Source of the DNA: Acidimicrobiia bacterium
GTDB lineage: Bacteria > Actinomycetota > Acidimicrobiia > Spongiisociales > ZC4RG35
NCBI GenBank assembly: GCA_049686815.1
Contig: JBAVIK010000162.1
Location: forward strand, 1-43,258
Direction: 5' to 3'
Length of the DNA: 43,258 bases
The notes under the pieces are model-generated. The model did no database searches, was not told the DNA's origin, and saw only the letters and a list, made by a program, of their open reading frames with translations. Within the stretch, counting starts at the first letter, position 1, and each line of letters begins with the position of its first letter. The translations under genes and the position numbers were made by a program. This document shows, in pieces, positions 25,101 to 33,832 of this stretch.

Positions 25101-25386
25101 TGCACTCGATACCACCATCAGTGAGGAGCTGAAACTCGAAGGTCTAGCCCGTGAGATAGTGAGTCGTGTCCAAAACATGAGACGCGAGGCTGACCTTCAG
25201 GTGACCGACCGCATTGAACTCGGTTGGTTCTCCGAGGACGGAGAACTCACCGCAGCGATCGACACCTTCCAGGACCAAATAGCCGGAGAGATATTGGCTT
25301 CAGCCATAAAGGAAGCCCGGCCTTCCGATTGGGACGCGGTCGACATTGATGGCCGAGCGATCTGGCTGGAAATAACGGTCAGCTGA
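22198..25386 (+). CDS. ileS: isoleucyl-tRNA synthetase, long (type 2, eukaryote-like) form
   Basis: ORF track, 1062 aa. HIGH-type motif PHYGNLLAG, KMSKSLKN, editing-domain insertion. The TTG start is preceded by GGAG with a 5-nt spacer. Confidence 0.97.
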   Translation: MTPRNNAFTRVEPGVRFPDLETKILQYWRETNAFPVSVERRPENHEYVFYDGPPFPTGSPHYGNLLAGVIKDMVPRYWTMRGFRVERRFGWDTHGLPIEMEVEKRLGISGPTEIDAYGIDRFNEACRIEVQANTEAWESLTERIGRWVDFEHDYRTMDPEFMETVWWVFKQLWDKDLIYKDFKVLPYSWGATTPLSNFEANLEYQDVDDPSITVRLKVTEPSGPVEAGDYLLIWTTTPWTLPGNLAVAVGVDHEYSKVSLENETHAGHYWVVSDQVEAVFGEEATVVTTVSGQQLLGVSYEPPFDYFGEERDRGAFRTIESADVTVDEGTGLVHMAPAYGESDFFALQNAGLNLLVDPVDAEGSFTDQVPEVAGRNIKDADRILIRLLEEAGKLVRSERITHSYPFCYRTHTPLIYKAIPTWFVAVERFRDRMVELNEDIHWVPDYVGTRRFGNWLAGARDWAISRNRYWGSCIPVWECDSCDETTAIGSVDELQALSGQRPDDLHKHVIDEIVWPCSNCDGTMTRVPEVLDCWFESGSMPYGKLHYPFENKERFESTYPAQFIAEGLDQTRGWFYTLIVLSTALFDRPAFENCVVNGMILAEDGRKMSKSLKNYPDPSEIFDEHGADALRAFLINSPVLRAEPLRFSKDGVAEVVRTVLLPMWNTYSFFTTYAEADGITVEDLASAPDVTDRPDMDRWIISVLQSLVDEVNTQMEGYYLYNVVPPTLGFIDHLTNWYVRRSRRRFWRARGESGDSDADKLAAFATLYEVLTTFTEVLAPVLPFITEHIYQDLVARHDSDAPSSVHHRDFPVAKDGLIDDDLETWMSTVREVVRLGRTLRKKEGHRVRQPLARLTVLTRSSTLAAAVRAHGDIISDELNVKEVIVSDDETSLVTLSTKANYRRLGPVLGSRMAPIGRQIEELDNLKIEALIDGDTLNVDGVPITIDDVIIDRTPIDGTIVETGPEFACALDTTISEELKLEGLAREIVSRVQNMRREADLQVTDRIELGWFSEDGELTAAIDTFQDQIAGEILASAIKEARPSDWDAVDIDGRAIWLEITVS

Positions 25387-25387
25387 A

Positions 25388-25403
25388 AGCGATCGGGATC
25401 GCT
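25388..25403. terminator. short GC hairpin between convergent ileS and the YciI-like gene (weak bidirectional terminator candidate)
   Basis: AGCGATC-GG-GATCGCT, effectively a 6-bp stem with a 4-nt loop. Only TTT follows on the minus strand, and no U-tract follows on the plus strand. Confidence 0.2.
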
Positions 25404-25713
25404 AGATAGGCCGCCGGCCCAGCGCCACTCGGAAAGGGTGGAGACCCGCCCGAAAAAGCCCGCTCGAGACAAACGGGTCTAACGCCATGAATGACCGGGC
25501 GTCGTCCTCGGTCTCGGTCTCGATCACAACGATGGCGGGGCCAACACCGTCTTGTGAGCGTCCGGCCAACACAACGATCTGTTGATCAGCTCCAGCCTCG
25601 AGATATGCGTAATGGCTTTCCGCCACGGCCTCGTCTTCAGGCGTCCACGAATCCGGGTCGATTGACAATTCCGGTCTTCCGCCTGGAAGAAATTGGTAGA
25701 TGAATTGGGCCAC
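25402..25713 (-). CDS. YciI-like (YCII domain) protein
   Basis: ORF track, 103 aa. HYAYLEAG...VVLAGRSQDG...VVIETETEDDARSFMALDPF...GLF pattern typical of YciI. Lies 14 nt downstream of divIVA. Confidence 0.75.
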   Translation of the reverse strand: MAQFIYQFLPGGRPELSIDPDSWTPEDEAVAESHYAYLEAGADQQIVVLAGRSQDGVGPAIVVIETETEDDARSFMALDPFVSSGLFRAGLHPFRVALGRRPI

Positions 25714-25727
25714 GGTCCAGGACGCTG

Positions 25728-26420
25728 CTACCGGCCGAACGACTCATCTTGGGAATCGTCGTCCTCTTCAACACTGTCGATCTCGGCGTCCGATTCGAGC
25801 TCCTCAGACATGGAACCATTGTCGGGGTCATCGCCGTCGTGAGCTCCGCCCTCCTCACCTTCGTGAGCGCCTACGGTCTCATCTCCTCCTTCTGCAACAT
25901 CGAATGTCTCGGTGCCCAGATCTGCGTCTGCGGTTTCAACAACCGTTCCTTCGGTTTCGGCCGGGGTTGTGCCATCGATGGTCTGATCCATCTCATCGAG
26001 TCGATCTGCGACTGCTGTTGCCAGCATTGCAAGTTGGGTCCGAACATTGGAGACGTGGTCGGACAGTTCCGCCATTTCTGCCTCGGCCTCCGCTTTCTTG
26101 GCCTCTTTCTCGCTGACCCAGGTATCGGCTTCCTTCTTGGCCTCCTCGATGAGGCGCTGCGATTCGCCCTCTGCGTCGGCAATGAGCTGGTCGGCTGCCG
26201 TCTGGGCCGCTATCAGGGCACGACCGACGGCCGACTCGTCGGCCACGACGGTGGGCCCGGCCGCCACCGGCTTTGCAGCCTTGGCGGCAGCAAGCTGATC
26301 CTGCAGATCGCGGATCGTCCCCACGACCTCGTCGAGGAAGTCATCTACCTCATCGAGGTCGTAGCCCCGTAAGGCAGTCCCGAATGTCTTCTCTTCTACA
26401 TCGGCTGGTGTGAGTGCCAT
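25728..26420 (-). CDS. divIVA: DivIVA/Wag31 polar growth and division scaffold, with a long acidic C-terminal tail
   Basis: ORF track, 230 aa. N-terminal lipid-binding domain MALTPADVEEKTFGTALRGYDLDEVDDFLDEV, a coiled coil, then about 90 aa rich in D/E. Confidence 0.9.
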   Translation of the reverse strand: MALTPADVEEKTFGTALRGYDLDEVDDFLDEVVGTIRDLQDQLAAAKAAKPVAAGPTVVADESAVGRALIAAQTAADQLIADAEGESQRLIEEAKKEADTWVSEKEAKKAEAEAEMAELSDHVSNVRTQLAMLATAVADRLDEMDQTIDGTTPAETEGTVVETADADLGTETFDVAEGGDETVGAHEGEEGGAHDGDDPDNGSMSEELESDAEIDSVEEDDDSQDESFGR

Positions 26421-26477
26421 TTCTCGAACCTTTCAGTCAACGGGGAGGATAAGAATGTGTGAGCCGCACGCCAAGGA

Positions 26478-26744
26478 TCAGAAGACGTTGCGCAGGAGGC
26501 TTCGCAAGAGCTGGACGCCGATCAGAAGAATTATCGGTGACAGATCGAGGGCTCCTCCACCCATGCGAATTGGAGGAACTACTCGTCTGATCGGGTTCAG
26601 CGCAGGCAGGATGATGCGATCGAGCCCAGTCTGCAGACGGCCTAGCGGATGTCCGGGTGTCATCGGGATCCAGGACAGGACTACCCATGCGAAAATCGCG
26701 TAGAAGTAGATCTGGAGAGCGGTGCCGAGGAAATTGCCGATCAC
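26478..26744 (-). CDS. yggT: YggT-family membrane protein
   Basis: ORF track, 88 aa. Two hydrophobic helices with ILPALNPIRRVVPP between them. In the canonical position between sepF and divIVA. Confidence 0.8.
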   Translation of the reverse strand: MIGNFLGTALQIYFYAIFAWVVLSWIPMTPGHPLGRLQTGLDRIILPALNPIRRVVPPIRMGGGALDLSPIILLIGVQLLRSLLRNVF

Positions 26745-26747
26745 AGA

Positions 26748-27275
26748 TCAGTCAATGTCGTCGAGCTCGTATGCGCCAAGGCCAGCAAGACGTCTTTTCT
26801 CGTCTCGACTCAGGGTCACACGAGGCGGGAGAACTGCTATCAGACCGTCCCCGACTTTTCTCATGGACCCATCCAACGCATAGATGAGCCCTGAAGAGAA
26901 GTCCACGACGCGCCGGACGAGGTCTGAGTCGGCGTGTCTCATGTCGAGGACCACCGGGGTCCGCTCACGGACTCGGTCCGCGAGCATCCTGGCATCACCA
27001 AACTCTTCGACCACGAGGATGTCGGACTGTATTTCGACCGGTCGCACCATCGAGGACGTCATGTCCGACGTCTCGGCTCGGGTCTGGGGCCGGATAGCTG
27101 TCCGCGAAGTGGGTGGCGGCTCGACCCGTCGTCCCTCGGGCATCGAGTCCACACCGTTGCGCATGGGTGGTGTATCCACGGCGCTGACACTAGAAGTCTC
27201 GACCGCCTCTGCGTCGATTTGATCCTCGTCTACCAATCCCAGGTACACGAGTGCTTTAGAGAAGAGTGAAGACAT
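26748..27275 (-). CDS. sepF: cell division protein SepF (FtsZ membrane tether)
   Basis: ORF track, 175 aa. N-terminal amphipathic MSSLFSKALVYLGLV, a Pro/Ser-rich linker, and the SepF core VVEEFGDARMLADRVRERTPVVLDM...LIYALDGSMRKVGDGLIAVLP. GGAG SD. Confidence 0.9.
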   Translation of the reverse strand: MSSLFSKALVYLGLVDEDQIDAEAVETSSVSAVDTPPMRNGVDSMPEGRRVEPPPTSRTAIRPQTRAETSDMTSSMVRPVEIQSDILVVEEFGDARMLADRVRERTPVVLDMRHADSDLVRRVVDFSSGLIYALDGSMRKVGDGLIAVLPPRVTLSRDEKRRLAGLGAYELDDID

Positions 27276-27284
27276 TGATCTCCG

Positions 27285-27947
27285 TCAATTGCGGGGGCCA
27301 AAGATAGCCCGTCCCACTCGAATGATCGAAGCACCTTCTTCGATTGCTATTTCGAAGTCGTCAGTCATTCCCATGGACAATTCACTCAACACGATGCCGG
27401 CATGGCGCGCACTGTCGAAGATCTCCTTCATCCGTCTGAAATAGATTCGAGTCTTCTCAGGGTCCTGCTCGGCTGGTGGTATGGCCATCAATCCATTTAC
27501 CCGGAGACCGACCCCGGTCATCCAGTGGAGCATCTCGAGGGTCTCACCGGGAGGAATCCCTGATTTCTGATGCTCTTCTCCGATATTGATCTCAGCGAGG
27601 ACCGGTGGCGCCAGCCCGGGGCCTTTGAGCCAGGCCTTGGCGAGAGACTTCCTGTCCATGCTGTGAAGCAAATGTGCAATCGGACGCACCAGACGCGTCT
27701 TATTCGACTGCAGGGCGCCAACGAAGTGCCAACGAATGTCAGAAGGAAGCAATGGAGCTTTCTCCGCCAGCTCCTGGGCCCGATTCTCCCCAAAGTCTCT
27801 ATGGCCCTGTTCGTAGATCTTGGCGATCTCTTCGACCGACTTGGTTTTGGAGACGGCTACCAGCGTCACGTTCTCGGAAGCACGACCGGCACGCTCGGCA
27901 GATTCGCGAATTCTCTCTACCACGTCTTCAAAGCTCATTCCAGCCAC
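27285..27947 (-). CDS. yggS: YggS-family pyridoxal-phosphate homeostasis protein
   Basis: ORF track, 220 aa. PLP Lys in LVAVSKTKS, HFVGALQSNK, LSMGMTDDFEIAIEEGASIIRVGRAIFG. Confidence 0.9.
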   Translation of the reverse strand: MAGMSFEDVVERIRESAERAGRASENVTLVAVSKTKSVEEIAKIYEQGHRDFGENRAQELAEKAPLLPSDIRWHFVGALQSNKTRLVRPIAHLLHSMDRKSLAKAWLKGPGLAPPVLAEINIGEEHQKSGIPPGETLEMLHWMTGVGLRVNGLMAIPPAEQDPEKTRIYFRRMKEIFDSARHAGIVLSELSMGMTDDFEIAIEEGASIIRVGRAIFGPRN

Positions 27948-28558
27948 CCGATCGAGGCCATCCTCGACAATGTCTGATCACGGCGGTGACTGAACCATCG
28001 GTCATCGTGTCTCGTGCAACTCCCGGCCGACCACACGGTCATGCCAGAGAGTTGTTCTGTGATCGATGCAATGAGATCTACCGACGTGGTTCCCCAGGAC
28101 GTCTTTGAAAGATGAGTCGCGAATTGCTCAGACACTTCGGGCCCAACTTCGAAACAGCACCGGGCGATCCCGGGACCAACGAACCCTTGTCGAGGCTCGT
28201 GACCCGCATCCAGCATCGCTTGTCGCAACGCCTCCACACTCCCCTTTCGAACCCCCCGCCAACCGGCGTGGGCGACACCAATCGCATGTGGCGCTGTCAC
28301 GGTGACTCCGAAGCAGTCAGCGGTGAAGACAGCAATCGGCATCCCTGGCTCAGTGGTCCACAGAGCATCGGCTTCTCCGGCATTCCCGGGCCGTATCACA
28401 CGGATGACATCTGCCCCATGGACCTGGGTCACGGTTGACCACGATTCGCTGATCCCGAGATTCGCAGAAACTCGACGACGTGCCGCGGCGTCACTTCTGG
28501 TATCACCATCCGAGAAGTCGGTGAAAGCAACTCCTCCCACTCCGGGAGGTTTGATCAT
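27935..28558 (-). CDS. pgeF: peptidoglycan editing factor PgeF (YfiH/DUF152, laccase-domain protein)
   Basis: ORF track, 207 aa. [39 protein letters not shown]. 4-nt overlap with the ftsZ stop. Confidence 0.88.
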   Translation of the reverse strand: MIKPPGVGGVAFTDFSDGDTRSDAAARRRVSANLGISESWSTVTQVHGADVIRVIRPGNAGEADALWTTEPGMPIAVFTADCFGVTVTAPHAIGVAHAGWRGVRKGSVEALRQAMLDAGHEPRQGFVGPGIARCCFEVGPEVSEQFATHLSKTSWGTTSVDLIASITEQLSGMTVWSAGSCTRHDDRWFSHRRDQTLSRMASIGWLE

Positions 28559-29601
28559 CCCTGGACGAAGTTGGGTATGTCGAGAGAGTCATCATCGCCA
28601 AACGACGTGAATCCCTCACTGCCTTCGCGTTGGCTTGGTCGATTCGGCTTGCGACGGCCATCGAACCCGGCCGCAATGACGGTGACCTTCATCTCTTCGC
28701 CGAGGTCGTCGTCGATAATCGCACCGAAGATGATGTCGGCCTCCCCGTCCGCGTGATCCGACACGACACGTGCCGCTTCTGTCGCTTCATGTAGCGTCAT
28801 CGACGAGGGACCAGAAACGGATAGGAGGACGCCTTTGGCGCCGTCCATCGAGTTCTCCAACATCGGCGAGGAAATAGCCCTTTCAGCAGCCTGTCTCGCT
28901 CGGTTTTCTCCGGTCGCACGACCGATACCCATAACAGCGGAGCCGGCATCCGACATGATCGTTCGCACGTCAGCGAAGTCGACATTGATCAAACCGGGGG
29001 TAGTGATCAGGTCGGTGATACCGGTGACACCGCTCATCAACACTTCATCGGCGAGCCGAAACGTCTCGGCCATGGGGGCGTCTGGGTCACCGACGTCGAG
29101 GAGCCGGTCGTTCGGGATGATGATGAGCGTGTCGACGGCATCCTTGAGCGAGTCGATCCCCTGTTCGGCATGAACAGCTCGACGTCTCCCCTCGAAACCG
29201 AAAGGTCTGGTGACCACTCCAACCGTGAGCGCGCCCACCGACCTCGCCACCTCTGCCACCACTGGGGCCCCACCAGTTCCGGTGCCACCACCTTCGCCGG
29301 CAGTTATGAAGACCATGTCCGAGCCTTTGAGAACCTCTTCGAGATCGGAGCGATGCTCCTCTGCGGCCGCCCGGCCGATTTCGGGGTTGGCACCGGCGCC
29401 GAGCCCGCGGGTCACTTCCCGCCCGATGTCCAACTTGACGTCGGCGTCGCTCATGAGCAATGCCTGGGCATCAGTGTTGAGAGCGATGAATTCGACGCCC
29501 CGGACACCAGCATCGACCATACGGTTGACCGCATTCACGCCACCACCACCGATCCCAATCACTTTGATCACGGCGAGGTAGCCACCACTTGAATTGCTCA
29601 C
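28555..29601 (-). CDS. ftsZ: cell division GTPase FtsZ
   Basis: ORF track, 348 aa. Tubulin signature [20 protein letters not shown], and C-terminal peptide [13 protein letters not shown] start with GGGAGG 5 nt upstream. Confidence 0.98.
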   Translation of the reverse strand: MSNSSGGYLAVIKVIGIGGGGVNAVNRMVDAGVRGVEFIALNTDAQALLMSDADVKLDIGREVTRGLGAGANPEIGRAAAEEHRSDLEEVLKGSDMVFITAGEGGGTGTGGAPVVAEVARSVGALTVGVVTRPFGFEGRRRAVHAEQGIDSLKDAVDTLIIIPNDRLLDVGDPDAPMAETFRLADEVLMSGVTGITDLITTPGLINVDFADVRTIMSDAGSAVMGIGRATGENRARQAAERAISSPMLENSMDGAKGVLLSVSGPSSMTLHEATEAARVVSDHADGEADIIFGAIIDDDLGEEMKVTVIAAGFDGRRKPNRPSQREGSEGFTSFGDDDSLDIPNFVQG

Positions 29602-29700
29602 GGAACCTCCCTAGGGGAATTGAAAGCTGAAGTAGAGGTTTACCGTTGGACGGAGGCTAAGTAAACCCCAAATCACTAAGTCTCAACTTGAGGGTTAATG

Positions 29701-30510
29701 TTAAGGACCGGTTTCTTCCGGACTCGGCTGGTCGGTCACCTCCTCTTCGTCAGCCTTCGATTCCTCCCCCGCCCCGGCAGGGCTGATCGCCGGATGGGTC
29801 GGTGCTATCAAGACAATGGTTGCGCTTTTGTCGATGTCTTCGTTGAGCAGCGCCGCCAGGCTGAGAGCCTTGGATTCCATTTCAACCGGTCGACCCAACC
29901 GAACCTCGTAGCCTTGGACACTCGCCCACAATTCCTCACCATCGACACGCAAGGCGGCATTGTCCCGATACTCCGCGGCGAGCGCTGAGGAGAACTGCAC
30001 TGCCCCGAGCAGGAACGGCGAGCCATCGACTTCTCTATCGGACATCTCGGGCAAATGCACCCACGGCAACGAGGAATCGGGTGTGCCGGGGCTGGGCAGG
30101 GCTGCTCCATCGACAGAATGCCTCGACCAGCCGTCCGCGGTCTCCACCCAGGCGACCGGGACTCGTTCGATAACTCTGACCACGACCTCGTCTGGCCAAT
30201 TCTTGTAAACACGCGCGTCACGGATCCAGGGATCGGTGAGCAAATCCGCTTCAACGGCCCCCGCCCGGATCATCATCATTGGTGTCCCCGCCACGACCGC
30301 GTGAGCCGCGAGAACCTGGTTGGCATCACTCGCTCCAATTCCGGCCGTTTTCACTTGATTGACACTCAGCCACGGCGAAAACGCCAACCACACCAGGACA
30401 CTCAGGACTCCCACCACGACCAAGAACTTGAGGAGGCGGCCCACATTTCGCTGGGCACGGCTTTCGGCCACTTCCCTGCGCCGCTCTTTCAACCTCGGGT
30501 CAATTGTCAT
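29701..30510 (-). CDS. ftsQ: cell division protein FtsQ/DivIB (single TM plus POTRA)
   Basis: Track ORF 29701..30564 trimmed to ATG 30510 (MTIDPRLKERRREV...). TM segment FLVVVGVLSVLVWLAF, a POTRA-like segment, and an acidic/Pro-rich tail. In the canonical position upstream of ftsZ. Confidence 0.8.
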   Translation of the reverse strand: MTIDPRLKERRREVAESRAQRNVGRLLKFLVVVGVLSVLVWLAFSPWLSVNQVKTAGIGASDANQVLAAHAVVAGTPMMMIRAGAVEADLLTDPWIRDARVYKNWPDEVVVRVIERVPVAWVETADGWSRHSVDGAALPSPGTPDSSLPWVHLPEMSDREVDGSPFLLGAVQFSSALAAEYRDNAALRVDGEELWASVQGYEVRLGRPVEMESKALSLAALLNEDIDKSATIVLIAPTHPAISPAGAGEESKADEEEVTDQPSPEETGP

Positions 30511-31405
30511 CTTCGAACCCCACGAACTGGATTTCTGGCTCCAGCATGGTGCCGGTCTGTTCAAAGACCCGGCTTTTCACGCTTTCGACTAGAGCGAGAA
30601 TGTCTGCAGAGGTCGCGGTCGAGTCGGCTACGAAGAAGTTGGCGTGTTTCGATGAAATAGAAACTCCGCCAACTGAAAGACCCTTTAGCCCCAATCCGTC
30701 AATGAGCTCGCCAGCTGTGCGCCCCTCCGGATTCTTGAACACACTACCGGCATTGAACGATCCGCCCGGTTGGTTCTCCTTTCTCCACCTTGTGATCCGC
30801 CGGATCTCCTCGCCGCCCCGGCCCGAAACATCCGGTGTGCCGGCAAATCGTGCCCACATAACGACCTCACCCGGCCGCACGTTTGAGTGGCGGTAGCCCA
30901 TTTCCAGTGTCTCGCTGTCGGCGGATCTCTCGACCCCGGATCTGACATCGACCAGGTCGGCAGTCACCAGGACATCGGCAGTCTCCGCACCAAAGCAACC
31001 TGCATTTTGTCGGACCGCGCCGCCCACTGAACCAGGAACCCCTACGAAGAACTCGAGTCCCGACAAGCCCTCGACAACCGATGCTCGGGCAAGTTTGGGA
31101 AGTGGGACTGCGCCCCCAGCTACCAACTGATGATCCTCGAAGTGGTGTTTTGTGAATTCGCCACCGAGGCGAATAACGAGCCCGTCGTAACCGGCATCCG
31201 CAACGACCAGGTTGGAGCCGCGACCCAGAACAATCACCTGCTCGGATCGGGTGATCCCAGACGAGATGAGATTTCGAAGTCCGGAGACCGAGTTCACTTC
31301 CGCAAACAATTTGGCAGAGCCACCAGATTTGTACGTTGTCATCGGCCCCAATGGGACATCCGGGCGAAGTGTGCCATCTTCGTGAAATCGTTCAACGTTG
31401 CTCAT
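30500..31405 (-). CDS. murB: UDP-N-acetylenolpyruvoylglucosamine reductase
   Basis: Track ORF 30500..31462 trimmed to ATG 31405 (MSNVERFHE...). FAD-binding GRGSNLVV, AGSVFKNP. Confidence 0.9.
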   Translation of the reverse strand: MSNVERFHEDGTLRPDVPLGPMTTYKSGGSAKLFAEVNSVSGLRNLISSGITRSEQVIVLGRGSNLVVADAGYDGLVIRLGGEFTKHHFEDHQLVAGGAVPLPKLARASVVEGLSGLEFFVGVPGSVGGAVRQNAGCFGAETADVLVTADLVDVRSGVERSADSETLEMGYRHSNVRPGEVVMWARFAGTPDVSGRGGEEIRRITRWRKENQPGGSFNAGSVFKNPEGRTAGELIDGLGLKGLSVGGVSISSKHANFFVADSTATSADILALVESVKSRVFEQTGTMLEPEIQFVGFEDDN

Positions 31406-32759
31406 TGGCCTTCGCCAATCGCTGGGCCAACTCAGCTGGGAGCAAGGTGATATCGCCGGCACCCATCGTTATCACAAAGTCGCCGTCACGGAGCATCGGT
31501 ACCAGAGTGTCGGCAAGTTCGGCCCGATGGGGGACGTAATGGGTCGCTGCTCCCGACCTTTCGGCCGCGTCCGCCACCAATTCACCTGTGATTCCGGGAA
31601 CGGGTGTCTCTCGGGCTCCATAAACGTCAGTAACGACCACTTCGTCAGCCTTTGCCAGAGCATGGCCGAACTCTTCACTGAATCGCTCAGTGCGTGAATA
31701 CAGATGAGGCTGGAAGACTGCCCATACTTTCCCGGGTGCTACGGCACGGGCGGCCTCGAGAGTGGCCGTCACCTCGGTCGGATGATGTGCGTAGTCATCG
31801 ATCAACGTCACACCCGAAACGGTTCCCCGGTGCTCCCATCGTCGACCGACGCCACGGAATTCACTTACCCCGTCGGCAAGGGCGTCGAGGGGGTATCCCA
31901 TCTCGGCGAGAAGTGCAAGGGCGCCGGCCGCATTGGAGACAACATGGTTGCCGGGCAAGCCAAGCCGAACCTGTGTCGAGCCCGCTCCCCCACGCAGAGT
32001 GAAGCTCACACCCCCCTCTGCGTGCTCGACGTCGGAGATGACCCAATCGGCGCCGGCCGACTTGCCATAGGTGATCGTTCCCAAACGCGAGGCCAGGGTC
32101 GCCGCACCTTCGTCATCCAGACAGGAGACAACCGGCCCGTCCACAGCGGTTGCCACTCCTACAAAACTCTCCAACAGGTCACTTTCGGTTCCAAAATGCT
32201 CGAGGTGCTCAGCTTCGATGTTGGTGATGATGAGACCGTTGAAATGGATGCTCTCGAATGTCCTGAAGGCTTCATCGGCCTCCAACACCAGGAGGTCGGT
32301 GGATCCCTTGTGGCCATTCGTTCCCATACCAGTCATCTCCCCACCGATGACAAACCACGGGTCGACATCGGCCGCACGAAGAGCCGAGATCATCAGTGCC
32401 GTGGTCGTCGTCTTCCCGTGTGTTCCAGTGGCACCGACAGTGGAGATACCAGCCGATATGGCACTGAGTAGCTGCGGCCGACGCCACACCTCTACGCCGG
32501 CCCTCGTCGCTGCTGTCAGTTCTTCGTCATATTCCGGGACAGCTGAGGAGGCCACAACCAGGTCTGCCTGGACCGCGATATCCGGCCGGTGACCGGTGAA
32601 TACTTCTATCCCGAGGTCAGCAAGACTCTGCAGAGATGCCCCACCGCGCAAATCCGACCCGGACACTTCGAGACCGTCGGCGAGCAGGATCTTGGCGAGA
32701 GCGCTCATCCCCGCTCCACCCGCTCCGACAATGTGGATCCGTTGATAGGGGAGATTCAC
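31392..32759 (-). CDS. murC: UDP-N-acetylmuramate--L-alanine ligase
   Basis: ORF track, 455 aa. N-terminal VGAGGAGMSALA, P-loop GTHGKTTTTALM, DDYAHHPTE. Confidence 0.95.
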   Translation of the reverse strand: MNLPYQRIHIVGAGGAGMSALAKILLADGLEVSGSDLRGGASLQSLADLGIEVFTGHRPDIAVQADLVVASSAVPEYDEELTAATRAGVEVWRRPQLLSAISAGISTVGATGTHGKTTTTALMISALRAADVDPWFVIGGEMTGMGTNGHKGSTDLLVLEADEAFRTFESIHFNGLIITNIEAEHLEHFGTESDLLESFVGVATAVDGPVVSCLDDEGAATLASRLGTITYGKSAGADWVISDVEHAEGGVSFTLRGGAGSTQVRLGLPGNHVVSNAAGALALLAEMGYPLDALADGVSEFRGVGRRWEHRGTVSGVTLIDDYAHHPTEVTATLEAARAVAPGKVWAVFQPHLYSRTERFSEEFGHALAKADEVVVTDVYGARETPVPGITGELVADAAERSGAATHYVPHRAELADTLVPMLRDGDFVITMGAGDITLLPAELAQRLAKANEQR

Positions 32760-33832
32760 GCCGCCTCCAAGAGCTCTCGAGCAATCGTCACTGCGGCTTC
32801 AGGCCTGGCTATCGCGCGAGCCGAATTCCGCATCTCATCGAGCTTCGCATCGTCGAAGATCGTCTCCTCGACAGTTACCCGAAGAGCTCCGAGATCGTTT
32901 TGTGGCACTGTCACGGCGGCTCCTGATTCAGTCAGAAACCTCGCGTTCTCCTCCTGATGCCCCGAAGAGCCGAACCGGCCAGGGACGAGGATCGAAGGAG
33001 TGCTCGTCGCAGTGAGCTCTGCCACCGCGCCCCCAGCCCTCGCCAACACCAGGTCCGATACTGCGAAGAACAACTCCATCGAGACCTCGAATCCGATTCG
33101 GACCCAGTTCACCTCAGGGGCCGCGCTCCGGTGTTCCAACCCGCCGAGATGGCCTGGACCGGTCAGGTGAACGATCTGGAGCGGGGATCCCGTCCAGTTC
33201 TCAGCGATACCAATTACCGCATCGTTGAGGGCGGCGGCACCCAATGATCCACCGAAAACCCCCATCACCGGAATCTCGGATTCGATCCCGTAGTGGAGCA
33301 ACCCTTTGTCGCGCAGAATCGATCGATCGAAGTCCCAGAACGGCCGTCTGACCGGATTACCGACCCAACTCGCATGGGGCAGCCCCTTGGTGTCGGGGAA
33401 GGCCGAGAAACTCTTGACCGCCCATCTCGCCGAAACCCGATTGGCTAGGCCAGCGTGAGCGTTCTGCTCAGCGTTGAAAAAGGGCACTTCGGTCCGCCGG
33501 GCCGCCAACCCGGCCGGGATGGTCACGTATCCACCCATACCCAGAACAACCTCAACGCCAGAGTCCTCGATCGCTTCTTCAATGTGCTTCCTGGCCCGTA
33601 GAACGGCTCCAGGGATGAGGAGGTTCTTGGTCGTCAGCGATCTCTGCAGGCCACGCAATTCAACCTGCAGGAACGGAAATCCTTCGGACGGGTAGACCTC
33701 GGCCTCGAGTCGTGAGCCACCGACAAACATCACATCGTCGCGGGCGACACCCAAGCTGACCAGGGCCTCCCCGACGGAGAGACCCGGGAAGACGTGACCC
33801 CCGGTCCCTGCCGCAGCGATCAACACCTTCAT
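32756..33832 (-). CDS. murG: undecaprenyldiphospho-muramoylpentapeptide beta-N-acetylglucosaminyltransferase
   Basis: Track ORF 32756..34180 trimmed to ATG 33832 (MKVLIAAAGTGGHVFPGLSV...), which forms an ATGA overlap with the ftsW stop. 358 aa. Confidence 0.93.
   Translation of the reverse strand: MKVLIAAAGTGGHVFPGLSVGEALVSLGVARDDVMFVGGSRLEAEVYPSEGFPFLQVELRGLQRSLTTKNLLIPGAVLRARKHIEEAIEDSGVEVVLGMGGYVTIPAGLAARRTEVPFFNAEQNAHAGLANRVSARWAVKSFSAFPDTKGLPHASWVGNPVRRPFWDFDRSILRDKGLLHYGIESEIPVMGVFGGSLGAAALNDAVIGIAENWTGSPLQIVHLTGPGHLGGLEHRSAAPEVNWVRIGFEVSMELFFAVSDLVLARAGGAVAELTATSTPSILVPGRFGSSGHQEENARFLTESGAAVTVPQNDLGALRVTVEETIFDDAKLDEMRNSARAIARPEAAVTIARELLEAA

Noticed and set aside
29602-29700. AT-rich ftsQ-ftsZ spacer: 7-bp inverted repeat GGTTTAC-N17-GTAAACC, palindrome CCCTAGGG, and candidate promoters TTGAGA-17-TACTTA and TTTACT-17-TAAACC
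   Set aside because: ftsZ promoters very likely lie here, but none of the hexamer pairs has a convincing -10 (the final T is missing) and the repeat is short. I cannot place a specific element with confidence.
31704-32471. 255-aa plus-strand ORF inside murC, with similar long antisense or alternative-frame ORFs at 861..1544, 9029..9970, 15466..16170, 23386..24072 and 25749..26372
   Set aside because: Each overlaps a gene with strong family motifs on the other strand or frame, and each has a biased, motif-free composition. These are expected artefacts of high GC content.
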